64,000 nt of DNA. Origin: Octopus vulgaris. Taxonomy: Eukaryota. A program made the translations under genes and the position numbers. The notes under the pieces are model-generated. The model saw only the letters and a list, made by a program, of their open reading frames with translations, was not told the DNA's origin and did not search any database. Below, piece by piece: positions 40,751 to 53,875 of the stretch. The DNA is taken from the NCBI GenBank assembly GCA_951406725.2, contig OX597823.1, forward strand, positions 6,076,001 to 6,140,000. Reading direction: 5' to 3'. The stretch's first letter is position 1. Every line of letters begins with the position of its first letter.

Positions 40751-41097
40751 GACTCTTATCAAAGATGGCGATAATAGTGTTTAGCTTTTTTGCTGAACGA
40801 CCGTCACAAATGATTTTGTTTATAGTGATCAAATGTGCATGCTGGACATTAGCTCACTCCCTCCATCAAATTAATGATGCCTGAACAGGTGGACGGTGTA
40901 CCACATGTCAGGTGTCGAAGTGATTGCAGAGCAATATGAAATGAAGTGTTTTGCTCAAGAATACAATGCACCACTCGGTCCAGGAATTGAAACCACCATC
41001 TGGTGATCGTGAGTGCAACAGACTAACCACAACGCCATGCATTCTAATAATAATAATAATAATTAATAATAATAACAATAATAATAATAATAATAAA

Positions 41098-41666
41098 TAC
41101 CCTGACACAATACCAGACGGTGGTTCTCATAGCTTCAGATCTTAACTGATTGGAAGTGTTATCATGTACAATTGTTTTGTCTTGCTATAAAAGATGGGCT
41201 ACAGCAAATATTCTGCTCAATTCCACAGATTTGCTTGTCAGTTGTTTGACCGTAACCAGTTGAGCATGTCCCTTAGTAGCTGACGATATGTGCATCTCTG
41301 ATCACGAGCAGAAGTAGTGGGGGGAGCATCATAGCAATGTGTTGAGAGGAATTCTTTTGGGTTTGGATAATTCACCTCTGGAAACATTTGGTGGTTCATT
41401 CAACATCCTTAAACAACCCTTATTCAGGGACCTTTTGAGAGGGATGGGTAACTCGACCAGAAGAAAATTCTAACTGGGCCCCACCTGCAAGGTCATGTGC
41501 TGTTTATCTTGATATGAGATCACCATGTCACGCACATATGGTTGTGATGTATGTGCCTGGTGTACCCTTATCAAACGGGTGGTCATGGTGGGTATACTGA
41601 AATTCGTATATTTTACTCAAGTGTCACTTTGATAGCATGCACTGCTCTCTCACTCAATAATAACAA
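41098..41666 (+). mobile_element. Probable retroelement 3' UTR inserted in (TAA)n
   Basis: A complex 560-bp segment bounded by (TAA)n on the left and CTCACTC-AATAATAAC on the right. No coding signal. Confidence 0.45.
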
Positions 41667-41681
41667 TGAGGAGGAGGAGGT

Positions 41682-41782
41682 GAAGAAGAAGAAGAAGAAG
41701 AAGAAGAAGAAGAAGAAGAAGAAGAAGAAGAAGAAGAAGAAGAAGAAGAAGAAGAAGAAGAAGAAGAAGAAGAAGAAGAAGA
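41682..41782. repeat. (GAA)n microsatellite
   Basis: About 33 perfect GAA units. Confidence 0.95.
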
Positions 41783-43703
41783 ATTTGTTGGTTGATTTCT
41801 CCAGTCATTCAGAGAGAGGTGGAAGAAAGAATAACAGAGAGATAGAGAAAGTTAACATAGGCTTGGTGACAGGTAATGAGTAAACACTATACTCACACAA
41901 CAGGAGAGAAAAAGAGAGAGGAAGAGGAGAGGGAGTAAATGACATTCGTTATGGGAGGAGTTATACACAGGAGAAGATTAGTATTCATTTGAAGATTAGT
42001 ATTCATTTCATCATTTCGTATAAGCACCAAGAAATTTGATAAAAGCTGGATTATAATTCTTGATGCATGCCATATTTCCTGATATTACCTTTGATGGTAG
42101 AAGTAGACTTCTAAAGTTATTTGTCACCTGAGAAGCAACACTCTAGTTGCCATCCAAGGCTGGTATTTCATTCATTTTCTGTATATAGAAGCCCCTGAAA
42201 GGTGTATTTCTTTGAGGTTTTGTTTTTCTGACTCAGTTATGTTTTCTTCAATTGTTTAGATGAAGGATATAACAAACAACATTATTCAAACAGCAAAACC
42301 CAAAGGAACAGATATCTTCGTTTGTATATCATTCCATGCTGTCAGGAAGGGTGGAAGGAAGCCACAATATTCTATGAATTACAGAAACATTCTTAGAATT
42401 GCCTAAACAGAATTGGAGAGCAGGGGTAGATATTCATTGATAGGTTTTGGTTGTCAAGGTGTAACTGAGATGTATTCACTAAATACATAACTGTGTCTGT
42501 GAGGGGGTATGTGCACACACGGGTGTGCATGCGTGTGTGTATTATATGTATGTGTGTGTCTAACAAGTGATGTTCATTTCCTGTCTTCAATGAAAAATGT
42601 GTCTGGCTGTGGGGTATATATTACCTTGCATGGAGACAGGTACGGGTTGGTGACAGGAAGGGTATCCTGTCTGATTCATGCAAAGATAGAAGAGGGGATC
42701 TTAAATGATGTGTGTGTGTGTGTGTTTGTGCAGATTTGCCTGGGTTTACTCCTTCAAGCATAAGATTACATTACTAAACATTTTTTTTCAAACTGTTTTT
42801 AAAAAAAAAAAAATTATTTGATGATAAATAATCATTATATTTTCTTTAATGACAAATTCTCCTAATGGTGCTAATTAAAGACTGTGTGTGCTCCCTGCAT
42901 TAAATATGTTAACACTGTGAATACCAAATCATTTTCCTCCCAGCAGACATATAAAGATAAAGCTGATGAGATGTAAATTAATAACTTAACGAAACAAGTC
43001 TGAAATTGCCTCCCGCACTTTGTGAAAGGATTTAAAATAATATCAGTTAATAACTATTAATATTATTATTATTATTATTATTATTTCCTTCTTTCTAAAA
43101 ATTTTCTTCCGTTTCTTGCCAAGTGTTTTCCGTACACCTAGGGCAGAGAAGCTCATTGTATGCATTCCCAGATTACACATGCAACCTCCCAGGTAAAATA
43201 TGTACTTAAAAAATTAATAAATAAATTAATTCATGAATGGATGTTGTTTTCACAGCGATAATGCTCTTCTCTATAATTATTATTATTATTATTATGATTA
43301 TGATTATCATTATTATTATTATTATTATTCTATGTTTGACTTTTGCTTTATGTCTGTACAAGTTGGCTCCAAGTCTCACCCAGAGACCTCAAGAGACAAC
43401 AGGTTGGAAGTTCACGTTGTTGTTATGCCTAGTGTGCCATATATTTGTTTTTTTTGTGTGTTGTACTAGTGAATGTCTAATACATAATTAAAAAAAAAAA
43501 AAAACTTTTGTTTTAAACCTTTAATGTAAAAAATAAATAACACTGAAGCAAAATAACACCAAATATATAGTGCGTGTGTTTTTATTGGCTAAACTGGCAA
43601 AATGACCATTCCGAAATATAAAAATATTAATCTTTATCATCTTAATTGAAAGGCAGAAAAACAGGCAGAGAGACTGTCTCTTTATAAACGAAGACCAGTT
43701 GCA

Positions 43704-44420
43704 ATGGGAGAAGTTGAGCCTCATAAGAATGGAAAAACAAACAACAACAAATGGGTTGTATGTTATAATGAAACTCTTTTAAGAGCATTCAAATGCCACT
43801 GCAACATTGAAATCGTTGCCTCAGTGAAGTCTGTGATCAAGTACAAGCTGAAAGGAAATGACCAGGCTGCTGTTCAAATAAACAAGGATAATGAAATCAG
43901 TCAATATCTAACGGGTAGCTATATTGGACCATCCGAAGCAGTTGCAACCATTTTAGGATTTTCAATTCACGAAAGAGCTCCTGCAATAGTGAGACTGCAA
44001 GTTCAATTACTAGATGAACAGAGAATATTGCTCAGAAATAATGAGGATGTATATATATTTAGCTGTCAATGAGCAAATTATGAAAACAGCATTGAAAGAA
44101 TTCTTTTCATTGTGCATCACTAATGACTTTACGAAAACATTACTTTATGCTGAAGTAGCCATGTATTCCACTTTGAACACAAATAACAAAGAATGGCAAA
44201 GAAGAAAGCGAGGAAAAAAAAGTTGAAGGCCATTTGAACGTTTTCAAAGAAGAAACACTTGGTCATGTTTCTGTTGTCATAATAAAGGCAGGAGAAACTT
44301 GTATTATTTGAAAATTTTATTGCATGAAGTTTGAAAGAGTATTTTACCCTTTCCTGCTGAGCATCAACATTTTCGACTTGGAGTGGTTGTGACCCAACAG
44401 GTGATGCCGGGTACATCTAG
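43704..44420 (+). mobile_element. Helitron deletion derivative: RepHel fragment plus 3' terminus
   Basis: NKWVVCYN..FKCHCNIE..SVKSVIKY..KGND..EISQYL.G.YIGPSEA..FSIHER.PAIVRL and FFSLC..DFTKTLLYAEV..KEWQRRKRG match Helitron RepHel. It ends GATGCCGGGTACATCTAG|T. Confidence 0.9.
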
Positions 44421-44447
44421 TATATATATATATATGTATGTATGTAT

Positions 44448-44731
44448 ATACTTCTTTATTGCCCACAGGGGGCTAAACACAGAGGGGACAAACAAGGACA
44501 GACAAAGGGATTAAGTCGATTACATCGACACCAGTGCGTAACTGGTACTTATTTAATCGACCCCGAAAGGATGAAAGGCAAATCGACCTTGTCGGAATTT
44601 GAACTGAGAACGTAGCGGCAGACGAAATACCTATTTCTTTATTACCCACAAGGGGCTAAACACAGAGCGAACAAGCAAGGACAGACATAGGTATTAAGTC
44701 GATTACATCGACACCAGTTCGTAACTGGTAC
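44448..44731 (-). mobile_element. Family C SINE, tandem partial dimer
   Basis: Two successive CCCACARGGGGCTAAACACAGAG tails. Confidence 0.8.
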
Positions 44732-44818
44732 TCACTCACACTTTCCTCTTACTCTTTCATTCCTCCTTTTTCCATCTTGCTACTTTCACTTTGGTCATTG
44801 TGTTACTCTGTATTTTAC

Positions 44819-44858
<40 letters not shown>

Positions 44859-45576
44859 GGCTCTTATCCATACTCTCTTCCATTAACCTTCTTGCCCCAA
44901 TCACTCAGATCGACATATTACGTAATGCACGGAACATTGAGAAAGCAAACACTGTCATTATGACCAGACAGCCATTTTGCTTCAAGCCGACATGTACAGC
45001 CAGATACTGATGATGGGCAAATAAATAACTGAATGAATTAAGACGGGGAAAAAATGAAAACTAATAAAAGAATATCAAAAAGAAACTGCGTAATCGGTAG
45101 CAAGCTTCTTTAATCTTTCTAACAGAGTTTGAACTCGTACCAATTGCACCTTCAATCATTTTATCGTCGTTTGTTTACACTGAGGAATACATATATATAT
45201 TTTAAATAAGAGAAAATCCCCCTCGAATGAATCCTAGTCTAAATGACCATATTTTTATGGTAGAAACAGATGATAAAGTAATCATTAATTTTGGTCTGTT
45301 ATTTCACTTAGCTCTCTTGTGGTTAGGTTAGCATTTGGTGAACATTACCCAGCAGTACAGTTCGAAATATAATATATTGCTCGTTGTGTTAAATGAGCAG
45401 TAAATTAACCTCGGAGGTTTTCCAGATAAACTAAGTTGTGGAAAGAGAAGAAAAAATTCAATTCATTAGGTATTTAATATATTGGGATTCGAAGTTCTTT
45501 CCGTAAGAATCTTTTCAAATTTTCTACGCTGATGTAGTTTTGCATGGCAACGACGAAAACCACAATCATTTTATTC

Positions 45577-45898
45577 TTCTACTATAGCCTCGGGCCGACC
45601 AAAGCCTTGTGAGTAGATTTGGTAGACGAAAACTGAAAGAAGCCTGTCGGATATATGTATATATATATATGTATGTGTATGTATGTTTGTGTGTCTGTGT
45701 TTGTCCCCCTAGCATTGCTTGACAACCGATGCTGGTGTGTTTATGTCCCCGTCACTTAGCGGTTCGGCAAAAAGAGACCGATAGAATAAGTACTGGGCTT
45801 ACAAAGAATAAGTCCCGGGGTCGATTTGCTCGACTAAAGGCGGTGCTCCAGCATGGCCGCAGTCAAATGACTGAAACAAGTAAAAGAGTAAAAGAGTA
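45577..45898 (+). mobile_element. Young 5'-truncated family B SINE
   Basis: CpG-intact consensus ending AAGTAAAAGAGTAAAAGAG. Confidence 0.85.
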
Positions 45899-46142
45899 AG
45901 CAATCAAAAGTAATATAAATTTAAGCCATTGGAAGCTTCTGTGGAACGGCATTAACATCATCACCAACGTCTGTTGTTATCCACCTGTCGTCTGTTTCCC
46001 GTTTCCTGCCCAGGTTCTTTAAACAAGTGCAGGAAACTCTTCAACCGCGACTGTGGTTCCGTTTTTGACTGTGTCATTGAAAGAACTAACTACAGTCTGT
46101 TTGTTATGGCTAGTAGCATTACGGTTGTAGATTAGGACAATT

Positions 46143-46205
46143 ACTTACGTGAGATACAGGCAGAGGATTCACTCTGCAACTCATGAAAATTGTGACTTCC
46201 GCTGT
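46143..46205 (-). promoter_or_regulatory. Candidate promoter/first exon of a minus-strand gene
   Basis: Minus strand: ETS-like GCGGAAGT (46195-46202), ATG at 46184, 12 codons MSCRVNPLPVSH, donor |GTAAGT at 46148. It sits at the CpG-poor/CpG-rich boundary. Confidence 0.35.
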
Positions 46206-47812
46206 GTCGTTCTTTTATTATTAATTTCTAGAGAATGTGGTTTTCGTCAAAACCAATCAAAACTACATTAATGTCGAAAATTGGAAAAAATTCTGTGCTC
46301 ATTCACCCAAATGATCTTAATTTAGACTATACCTAACTACGTCAAATATGGGTACCTTCCTCCCTAAGAAGGAAATATATTTCTCATTTACTTTACAAAC
46401 CTAGATTTGGAACAATATAAATCCTTTTAACATGCATTGCGTCTTAAGTGAAGTCGTGAATCCAGGAATTAAGGGGAAAGGGTTAAGTCAATACCATAGA
46501 GCCCAGTACTTAACACATATATTATACTAACCCCGGAGGGATAAAAAGCAAAGTTGACGTCTGCGGGATTTGAAATCAGAATATAAAATAGTCGGTACGA
46601 AAACCGTAAAGTATTTTTTCCGACGTTCTGACGATTCTACCAGCTCTCCGCCTTAACAATGGCTTCTAATTTAGGCACAAGGCTAATAATTTTGATAAGA
46701 GGGAATTAGTCAATACCAGTGATGCCAATACTTGACTGATCCTTTATTTTACCAACCCCGAAGGGACGAAAGGACAAGTTGACCATAGAAGGGATTTGAA
46801 CTCAAGACATAAAGACCCGGGCAAATGCTACACAGTATTTTTTCGCATCACTTTAACAATTCTGCCAATCTCATATGGAACCGAGACATATTTGGCAAGA
46901 CTGTCATTCAGTGACTGACAAGGCTTAAATAGTCAGAAAACGGCTCATACGCAGATATGCTACGATTGATCGCATGACATGGTCATTGAGGCTTGACAGA
47001 CCAATCAAGCGCAGCAAAATATGTTTGTTCACGGGAGCCCCTAATTAATTTTAAACAGAAGGATCTTCCCTATTTTCACCACCAGTGAGGTGAGACGAAG
47101 CTACTTCAGAGAGGAGAGTTATTTTTCTGCAGGTTGCTTTGACGCGCTACAGGTGTTCCTGTTTACGAAGCACCTGTAAGCAAAAATGAGGTGAGAACCA
47201 GCAAGAAAGGATGCCATGTTTTTCTGTTCCTGTCTGCCCAGCACACATCACCAAGTTCAGACCGATTTGAAATGCAAATATGTATATTTTCTTCTGACAG
47301 TTATCATCATGATGTAGCAATTCCTTTAGCAGTTGAATAAAACGTGGCAGTGAATTGCAACTCGTTTTCTTGTATTTCTTTCGACTGTTTATACACAACT
47401 CATTGGAACCAAGAAACTGTAACTATACCAGGGACTGGAGATGGGTTAATCAACCCGCTAAACATGTAAAAGCCACTCCTGTGAAGCACCACGTGAAGAT
47501 GGTGTGTAAACTTATACTTTATAAACAACTTACAAACAAAAAGATAAAAAAAAAAAAAAAACGAATCAACGAATTATGCAAAATATACACAAAATATACA
47601 TAAATGGATAAATAAAAAAAATACTTTATGTTGAGAAATATAAGATTTTTTTAATAATACATTTTTTTCAAAAATTATATGTAAACAAACTTAGTTTTGT
47701 ATAGCAAAAAGCAATTTCTATTCTGGTTGAAATCGTAAGTACTCAAGTGTGTGTGTGTGGGTGGGTGCGTGCGAGTGTGTGTGTGTGCGTGTGTGTGTGT
47801 GTGCGTGCGTGC

Positions 47813-47854
<42 letters not shown>

Positions 47855-48035
47855 AAACATATTTAGTTCTGCTGGATCTAGTTTCTGATCACATGTTCTC
47901 ATTATCAACAGATTTAACATCAATTAACTTTTCAAAACAACTCCGTCTTTACATATGTACGGTCTATATATCATGTCAAGTGCTGTGTCACTTACTTCAC
48001 AATTTTTCAAAGTGTAATGATTATACGACAGTTTC

Positions 48036-48287
48036 CTATTTCTTGACACAGTTCTTTGCAAATTCTTTGAACTCTGCAAGGTCATTTGAGCTGCAGGTGT
48101 CGGGTAGCGGAAAGCAGACAAAAGACAGTGCTACGTTGTAGAGTCTGCTTTCTAGAGTCACAGATGGTAGGACCGGTCTTCTGGTACCATCTGGCCAAAA
48201 ACAATTTTTGATCGTCCTCTTCGAAGTAGAAGCATTCACGTCATGATCCCTATCCAGTAAAAACTTGGTATTACCGGTGAAATCTAC
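48036..48287 (-). CDS. Candidate terminal coding exon or pseudogene fragment, unknown Cys-containing protein
   Basis: Pyrimidine-rich ..TTCCAG| acceptor, then an 83-codon non-repetitive frame VDFTGNTKFLL...CFWPDG...SFVCFPLPDTCSSNDL...NCVKK*. No upstream exons were identified. Confidence 0.4.
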   Translation of the reverse strand, partial: VDFTGNTKFLLDRDHDVNASTSKRTIKNCFWPDGTRRPVLPSVTLESRLYNVALSFVCFPLPDTCSSNDLAEFKEFAKNCVKK

Positions 48288-48354
48288 CTGGAACTTCGAA
48301 GTTGAAAGAGAACAGTGTAGTGAAGAGTTGCTTTAGTAATTTGTTTGTCAGTTA

Positions 48355-48752
48355 TGGTGGCAGGCTGGCAGAAACGTTAGCAAATACGGGTGAAATGCGT
48401 AGCCGTATTTCATCTGTCTTTACGTTCTGAGTTCAAATTCCGCCGAGGTCGACTTTGCCCTTCATCCTTTCGGGGTCGATTAAATAAGTACCAGTTACGC
48501 ACTGGGGTCGATATAATCGACTTAATCTGTTTGTCTGTCCTTGTTCGTCCCCTCTATGTTTAGCCCCTTGTGGGTAGTAAAGAAATAGGTATTTCATCTG
48601 TCTTTATGTTCTGAGTTCAAATTCCACCGTGGTCGACTTTGCCTTTCATTCTTTCGGGGTCCATAAATTAAGTACCAGTTGCGTATTGGGGTCGAACTAA
48701 TCGACTGGCCCCACTCACCAAAAATTTCAGGCCTTGTGCCTAGAGTAGATAA
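48355..48752 (+). mobile_element. Family C SINE dimer with two different 3' tails
   Basis: Unit 1 ends TTAGCCCCTTGTGGGTAGTAAAGAAA. Unit 2 ends CAGGCCTTGTGCCTAGAGTAG. Confidence 0.8.
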
Positions 48753-50636
48753 GTTTACCATTAGCAGAAAATTTTTCTATTTTTAGCATTTTTGCTTATC
48801 TTCCTCAAAAATCCAATCATTTAACGGTGAAAATATGAGCGATTACGAAGACCTTAATTAAATTATGACATCAATTAATTTCCAAAATAGAATTAGAGGA
48901 ATAAATTAAATGGGAGACGTTTGAACTGGGAATCGAAACCGGGTCGCTGATGTTATTTGCAGTGTTTATTTGGGGCTTGATAGCTATCAATAAAAAAAAA
49001 AATTTGGTGTGCAGCGGAATTTATCAATGCTGAACAATGTAGGAGCCAACGGGGTAAGCCTCAACGTAGTCATTTAATTGACTAGAAATAGCTGCCAGTT
49101 TTTCCCCAAATCACAGATTGTTTACTGTCTTAAAATTTGTAGCTTCAAGCATAAAAAGGAAGATGGAATGGCCGCCGCTGAAATACACACATACGAAAAA
49201 AAAAACCACAAAACATTTCCTTTACACGCTGAGAAGTGGATAGGAGGGGGTAGTGAACTTGATCTTTGGAGGTCATTCGCCCGTACATTAAACGGAACTA
49301 ATTTTCTAATCAGTTTAGTGAGCGTACGGCTTTCTTAAATGAGTTGGCTTAGCTTGAGGGGTTAAATTCTTCAGTCGGTGCATGGAACCAACCGTAAATT
49401 CAATGAACTATTTGAGCAAGATTCTCCAGTTGCGGTAGATCTGATTTGTTTTTAATTTGAGACCATAAGCAGTGAAATGTCTTTAAGAGTGACGGACGCT
49501 AAAATTAGAAATAATTCATAGCCTAAAAATGTATCAGTTGTGTGTGCGCACACGCGCGTGTCTGGCTGTGTGGTTGAGAAGTTTGCTTCCTAACCATATG
49601 GTTTCAAGTTCAATCCCATTGCGTAGCACATAGGACAAGTGTTTTCTACTATTGCACTGGGCCAACCAAGGTCTTGTAAGTGGATTTGGTAGACAGAAAA
49701 CCGAAAGAAGCCCATCGTATAAATTTGTGAGTCTATGTGTGGATGCATGTATGTGAGTGAGTGCGTCGCTCATTGCCTGGATGTCATGTTATGGTGATAA
49801 ACAACTGTTGTTCGTTTCCTGTCTTCTACGAAAAACATGTCTAACAATAGAGAAATATTGATCTTGCTCGGAAACAGTTGAGGGTTGTTGACGGGAATGC
49901 AGTTGGCCACAGACAATATGTCTAGGAACAACAATACATCTGTGAGTTACACCTAGTCACGAAGTAGTATAGTAAGTTGCTTCAAGTAGCGCCAGCCCTG
50001 ATTAACAACGGACGAGAAGTGATTTTAATCCGTCCTTGAGGATGTTAAGAAAGAAAAGACGGGCTCCGCAAGGCTGTCTTGTCACGATCTCATCTGTTGG
50101 AGGAAAGTGCACGGGGTGGGGGACAGCCTCTTGTTCCATAAAAAGAAAAAGCAAAAAAAACAAAAATGCACCATTTAAAGACAAGTTTACGGGGTTGCAC
50201 ATCCACGAACTTCTGTTACTACACACACACACACTCACCCCCCCTCTCTCTCAGATATGCACAGTCTTTGACAATTTGATAAACATGCTTATAGTTTTTT
50301 CCTGAACACACGCAAACATACACACATAAGCAGGCGAATAAACGCTAACACTCGCAGAGGTCGACTTTGCCTTTCATCCTTTCGGGGTCCATAAATTAAG
50401 TACCAGTTGCGTACTGAGGATCGATCTAATCGACCGGCCTCCTCCCCAAAAAATTTCGGGCCTTGTGCCTAGAGAAGAAAAGAATTTGCGCTAACACACG
50501 CGCGCGTGCACATAGACAGACATTAATAAACGAACATACTTATGCACTTAATTCTACTTATACCAACATATTTTCACTTGTTAAAAGAAAGAAAGAATGA
50601 AAGGGAGAGAGAGAGAGAGAGAGAAAGAAAGAAAGG

Positions 50637-50674
<38 letters not shown>

Positions 50675-51144
50675 AGAGAGATAGAAATCGTTTCGGGAAC
50701 AAGTTGATAGCATCCAATTACACAGAAAATTACTTTTAACATCCATTTAAATGAACGACGATTTTCCTGAAGAAACACAGTTTAATTTATTGCTGACACG
50801 AAACGAAAATAGATTTACCAATGATATATCCGGCGTGAAATAAACAAAGATGATGATGATGATGATGATAATAATAATAATAAGAAGAAGAATAAGAAGA
50901 AGAAGAAGGGGGATAAAAGAAACAAAGCCACTCTGCTCCAAGAAGTGATTGCCAACACATTGTTGTTGAAAAGGATATCAGTGAGATGATTCTCTGATAC
51001 TTTAATGGTTTAGGGATGGAGAAATTTAGTGAAGACTACGACAGGATTCTTAAAAATCTCTTGTTTCTCAGAAATTTGAAACACGCCCATACTTTAGATT
51101 CCAGAAATCATTTTTCACCATCTCCAAAAGAAAAGCATGTCCCT

Positions 51145-51475
51145 TGTGTTACAAGTGGTCCTCCGTCGGTTACGACGACGTGGATTCCAATTGATCTGAT
51201 CAACGGAACGGCTTGCTCGGGAAACTAACGTGCAAGTGGTCGAGGGCTTCAAAGACAAGCGTACCCTAAACGTAGTTCTTGGGGAGATTCAGCATGGCAC
51301 AGAATGTAACAAGTCTGGCCTCTTGAAAAACAGGCACTACTCATTTTGCCAACTGAGTGGACTGAGAGTTACGTGAAATAAAATGTCTTGCTCAAGGTCG
51401 CTAAACGCGGTCGGGAATCGAACTCACAATCTCTCGATTGAGCCGAGTACCCAAACCGCTAAGCCACGCACCTTC
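51145..51475 (-). mobile_element. tRNA-headed SINE (family D-like head, different tail)
   Basis: Minus-strand head GTGGCTTAGCGG...GAGTTCGATTCCC with core CTTGAGCAAGACA. Confidence 0.65.
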
Positions 51476-53609
51476 ACTGTCCCGTGCCTTGTATGGGTTA
51501 TAAGGACTTCTACTGGCCAAAATTCCAAAGAAAAGAACATAAAGAACTCCCTCATTGTGCCACGTTCACTGGCACCTAAATGTATTGTACCTTGTTGTGA
51601 TAAGTTTAGTATTTCTATTCACGAATCTCATTTCGCGTATCAACGACTTATTTTTACCCATAAAATAGGATTGTTTCCATGATATATCAAATATATGTGT
51701 GTGGTGTATCCACTGTTTATGCCACATGAGACTACATGGGTTACATGAGACTACATTGGTTACATGAGACTATATATAAGTTTTCCACTGTTGTCTCTTC
51801 CGGTTTTATTCCGCAATTACCGTTTTTAAGACAGTTTACTTTCTCTTGTTTTTACAATCGAAACTGCATGTTTTACTAGAGACGGGCCATACCCCACGAA
51901 ACTATCTCTAATTATCGGAAAATTTAAAAACCCATCCTTTCAATTTCATAAAATATTCGCTAATTAAATAACTTAATCAAGACTCTAATCAAGGCGTTAG
52001 AAACAGTAATGGCGATTTGGTTATACTACGGCAGTGAAAATAGATATGGAGATCTTTGATTGATCATCGTAATTGCATATTGAAAACTTATAAAAATACA
52101 TTTGAAAGTAATTATAAATCATTTATAATTTGTAATTACTTTCAAACATATTTTTGAAATAAGAAATGTTTTCTTTTTTAAAAAGAGAAATCTGCCATAA
52201 AAACATTTAATGAGTAACTATTAAGCAGTCACATATTCGTTTCGCTTACTCGAGATAACCAGGTCTATTTTTGTATTTTCCCTAAATGCTTGGTTGTCCT
52301 AAAATCAATTTTATGAAGAATTACTAAAGTGTTTCTTGGTTGTGTTATCTCAAACAAACCGAAAAACTATATCTGAGCAACCAGAATGTTACCAGTCATA
52401 CGATAAGTAATTTTGGAAGTATATCATTGCCACTATGGGTAATATAACAAAATACGATCTACATACAATAATCATAATTTAACTTTTATAAAATTTCTGT
52501 ATACTTACCTTCAAAAGAAAAATATTTATTACGTTACAATAACTTCAATAAAACAAAACAATGTCACATAATTATTCTTAATACCTTCCGGCAGATTCAA
52601 ACGTGAATATGCTAATGGCTGTTGTATTTTATCTAAGGGGGTAACCAATTTCTCACTTACAGCCTTACCTCCCCCTCCTCCTCCTGCTGTCTTTGTGTAT
52701 CATTCCTTTACTCATTGCCTACCATCAAGCCTACCATCAATGCACTCATCCTGCTTCTCTTATGTTAACTCTCCCTTTCTCTCTCTCTTTCTCTCCACTC
52801 TCTTTTATTGCGCTCTCTATACGATGTAAAGCGTAACTAGAGAAATCAACCAGCCAACCAAGATTTATATAGGCTACTCTTTCGGCTTCTATGAATAATT
52901 TTCTTCCCAAAGATAAAGCATCTACGGACATACATTTGATAGCCGATATTGGCAGAAGTGCTCACTGAGGATACAGCTCGGGTTTTAATCTCCATTTATC
53001 TGTTAAAGGTTCTTAGTGAAAAGAAAGAGATTGACATTTGAACTGCAGCCGGTCACAGATGTATTACTAGAGTGTTTCTTCAGGTGTATGAGGGCGGAAG
53101 TAAAAAAAGCTGAGATTTAATGAGAATCTGAGATGTTAATTATGCTGGTTAATGATAAATATTTTTATAAGATAATTGGTGAGTAATCTTTCACTGGTTA
53201 CAGCCATTTAACTGTGGCCAATCTGGAGCACAGCCATTAAATACTGCTCGATATTTCCAAACCATCGAGGAAGCCTCTGCACCAGGGTAGAAATACCCGT
53301 TGCACGCGAACAGGATTTTGTATATATATATTGAAATTTGAAACTAAGTTTCTGGCGAAGTTCTTAAAAGCCATATGGGGAAAAAAGGCGTGAGATTTAA
53401 AACCAAAATTATAATTAAATATATATTTCTTTATTACCCACAAGGGGCTAAACACAGAGGGGACAAACAAGGACAGACAAAGGGATTAAGTCGATTACAT
53501 CGACCCCAGTGCGTAACTGGTACTTAATTTATCGACCCCGAAAGGATGAAAGGCAAAGTCAACGATAGAATTGTTACAGCAATAGAGTTTTACTACAAGT
53601 AGGTGAAAG

Positions 53610-53875
53610 AGGACAGGTCCTGAGCATTGGGAAAAGACAAAAGCTCATCTATTATGGCCATAGTCGAAGAAGCAGAGGTTTGGAAAACATTATCATGGAA
53701 GGAAGAGTAGAAGGCAGAAGATCAAAAGACAGGCAGAAACCGCAACGAATGGACAATATCAAGTGCTGGTTGGACAAGAGTAGCGAGGCAGCTGAAGAAC
53801 TCGAGCTTAATCAGGAAGAGTTCCGTTGTAGAGTTACCAATGTGCTGCAAGTGTACGATGCACGACGACAACGAA
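53610..53875 (+). pseudogene. Decayed RTE LINE C-terminal fragment
   Basis: KRQKLIYYGHSRRSRGLENIIMEGRVEGRRSKDRQKPQRMDNIKCW matches the RTE YFGH...GKVEG.R.RGR...W.D.I motif. Confidence 0.75.

Noticed and set aside
42958-43005. CTGATGA...GAAACAAGTC hammerhead-like string
   Set aside because: No stem I pairing and a poor stem II.
47147-47398. 83-aa minus-strand ORF
   Set aside because: No recognisable motif or splice context, and the length is compatible with chance.
52500-52530. Minus-strand TTTTCTTTTGAAG|GTAAGT as a recursive splice site
   Set aside because: The AAG acceptor is weak, and no supporting exon frame could be linked to it.
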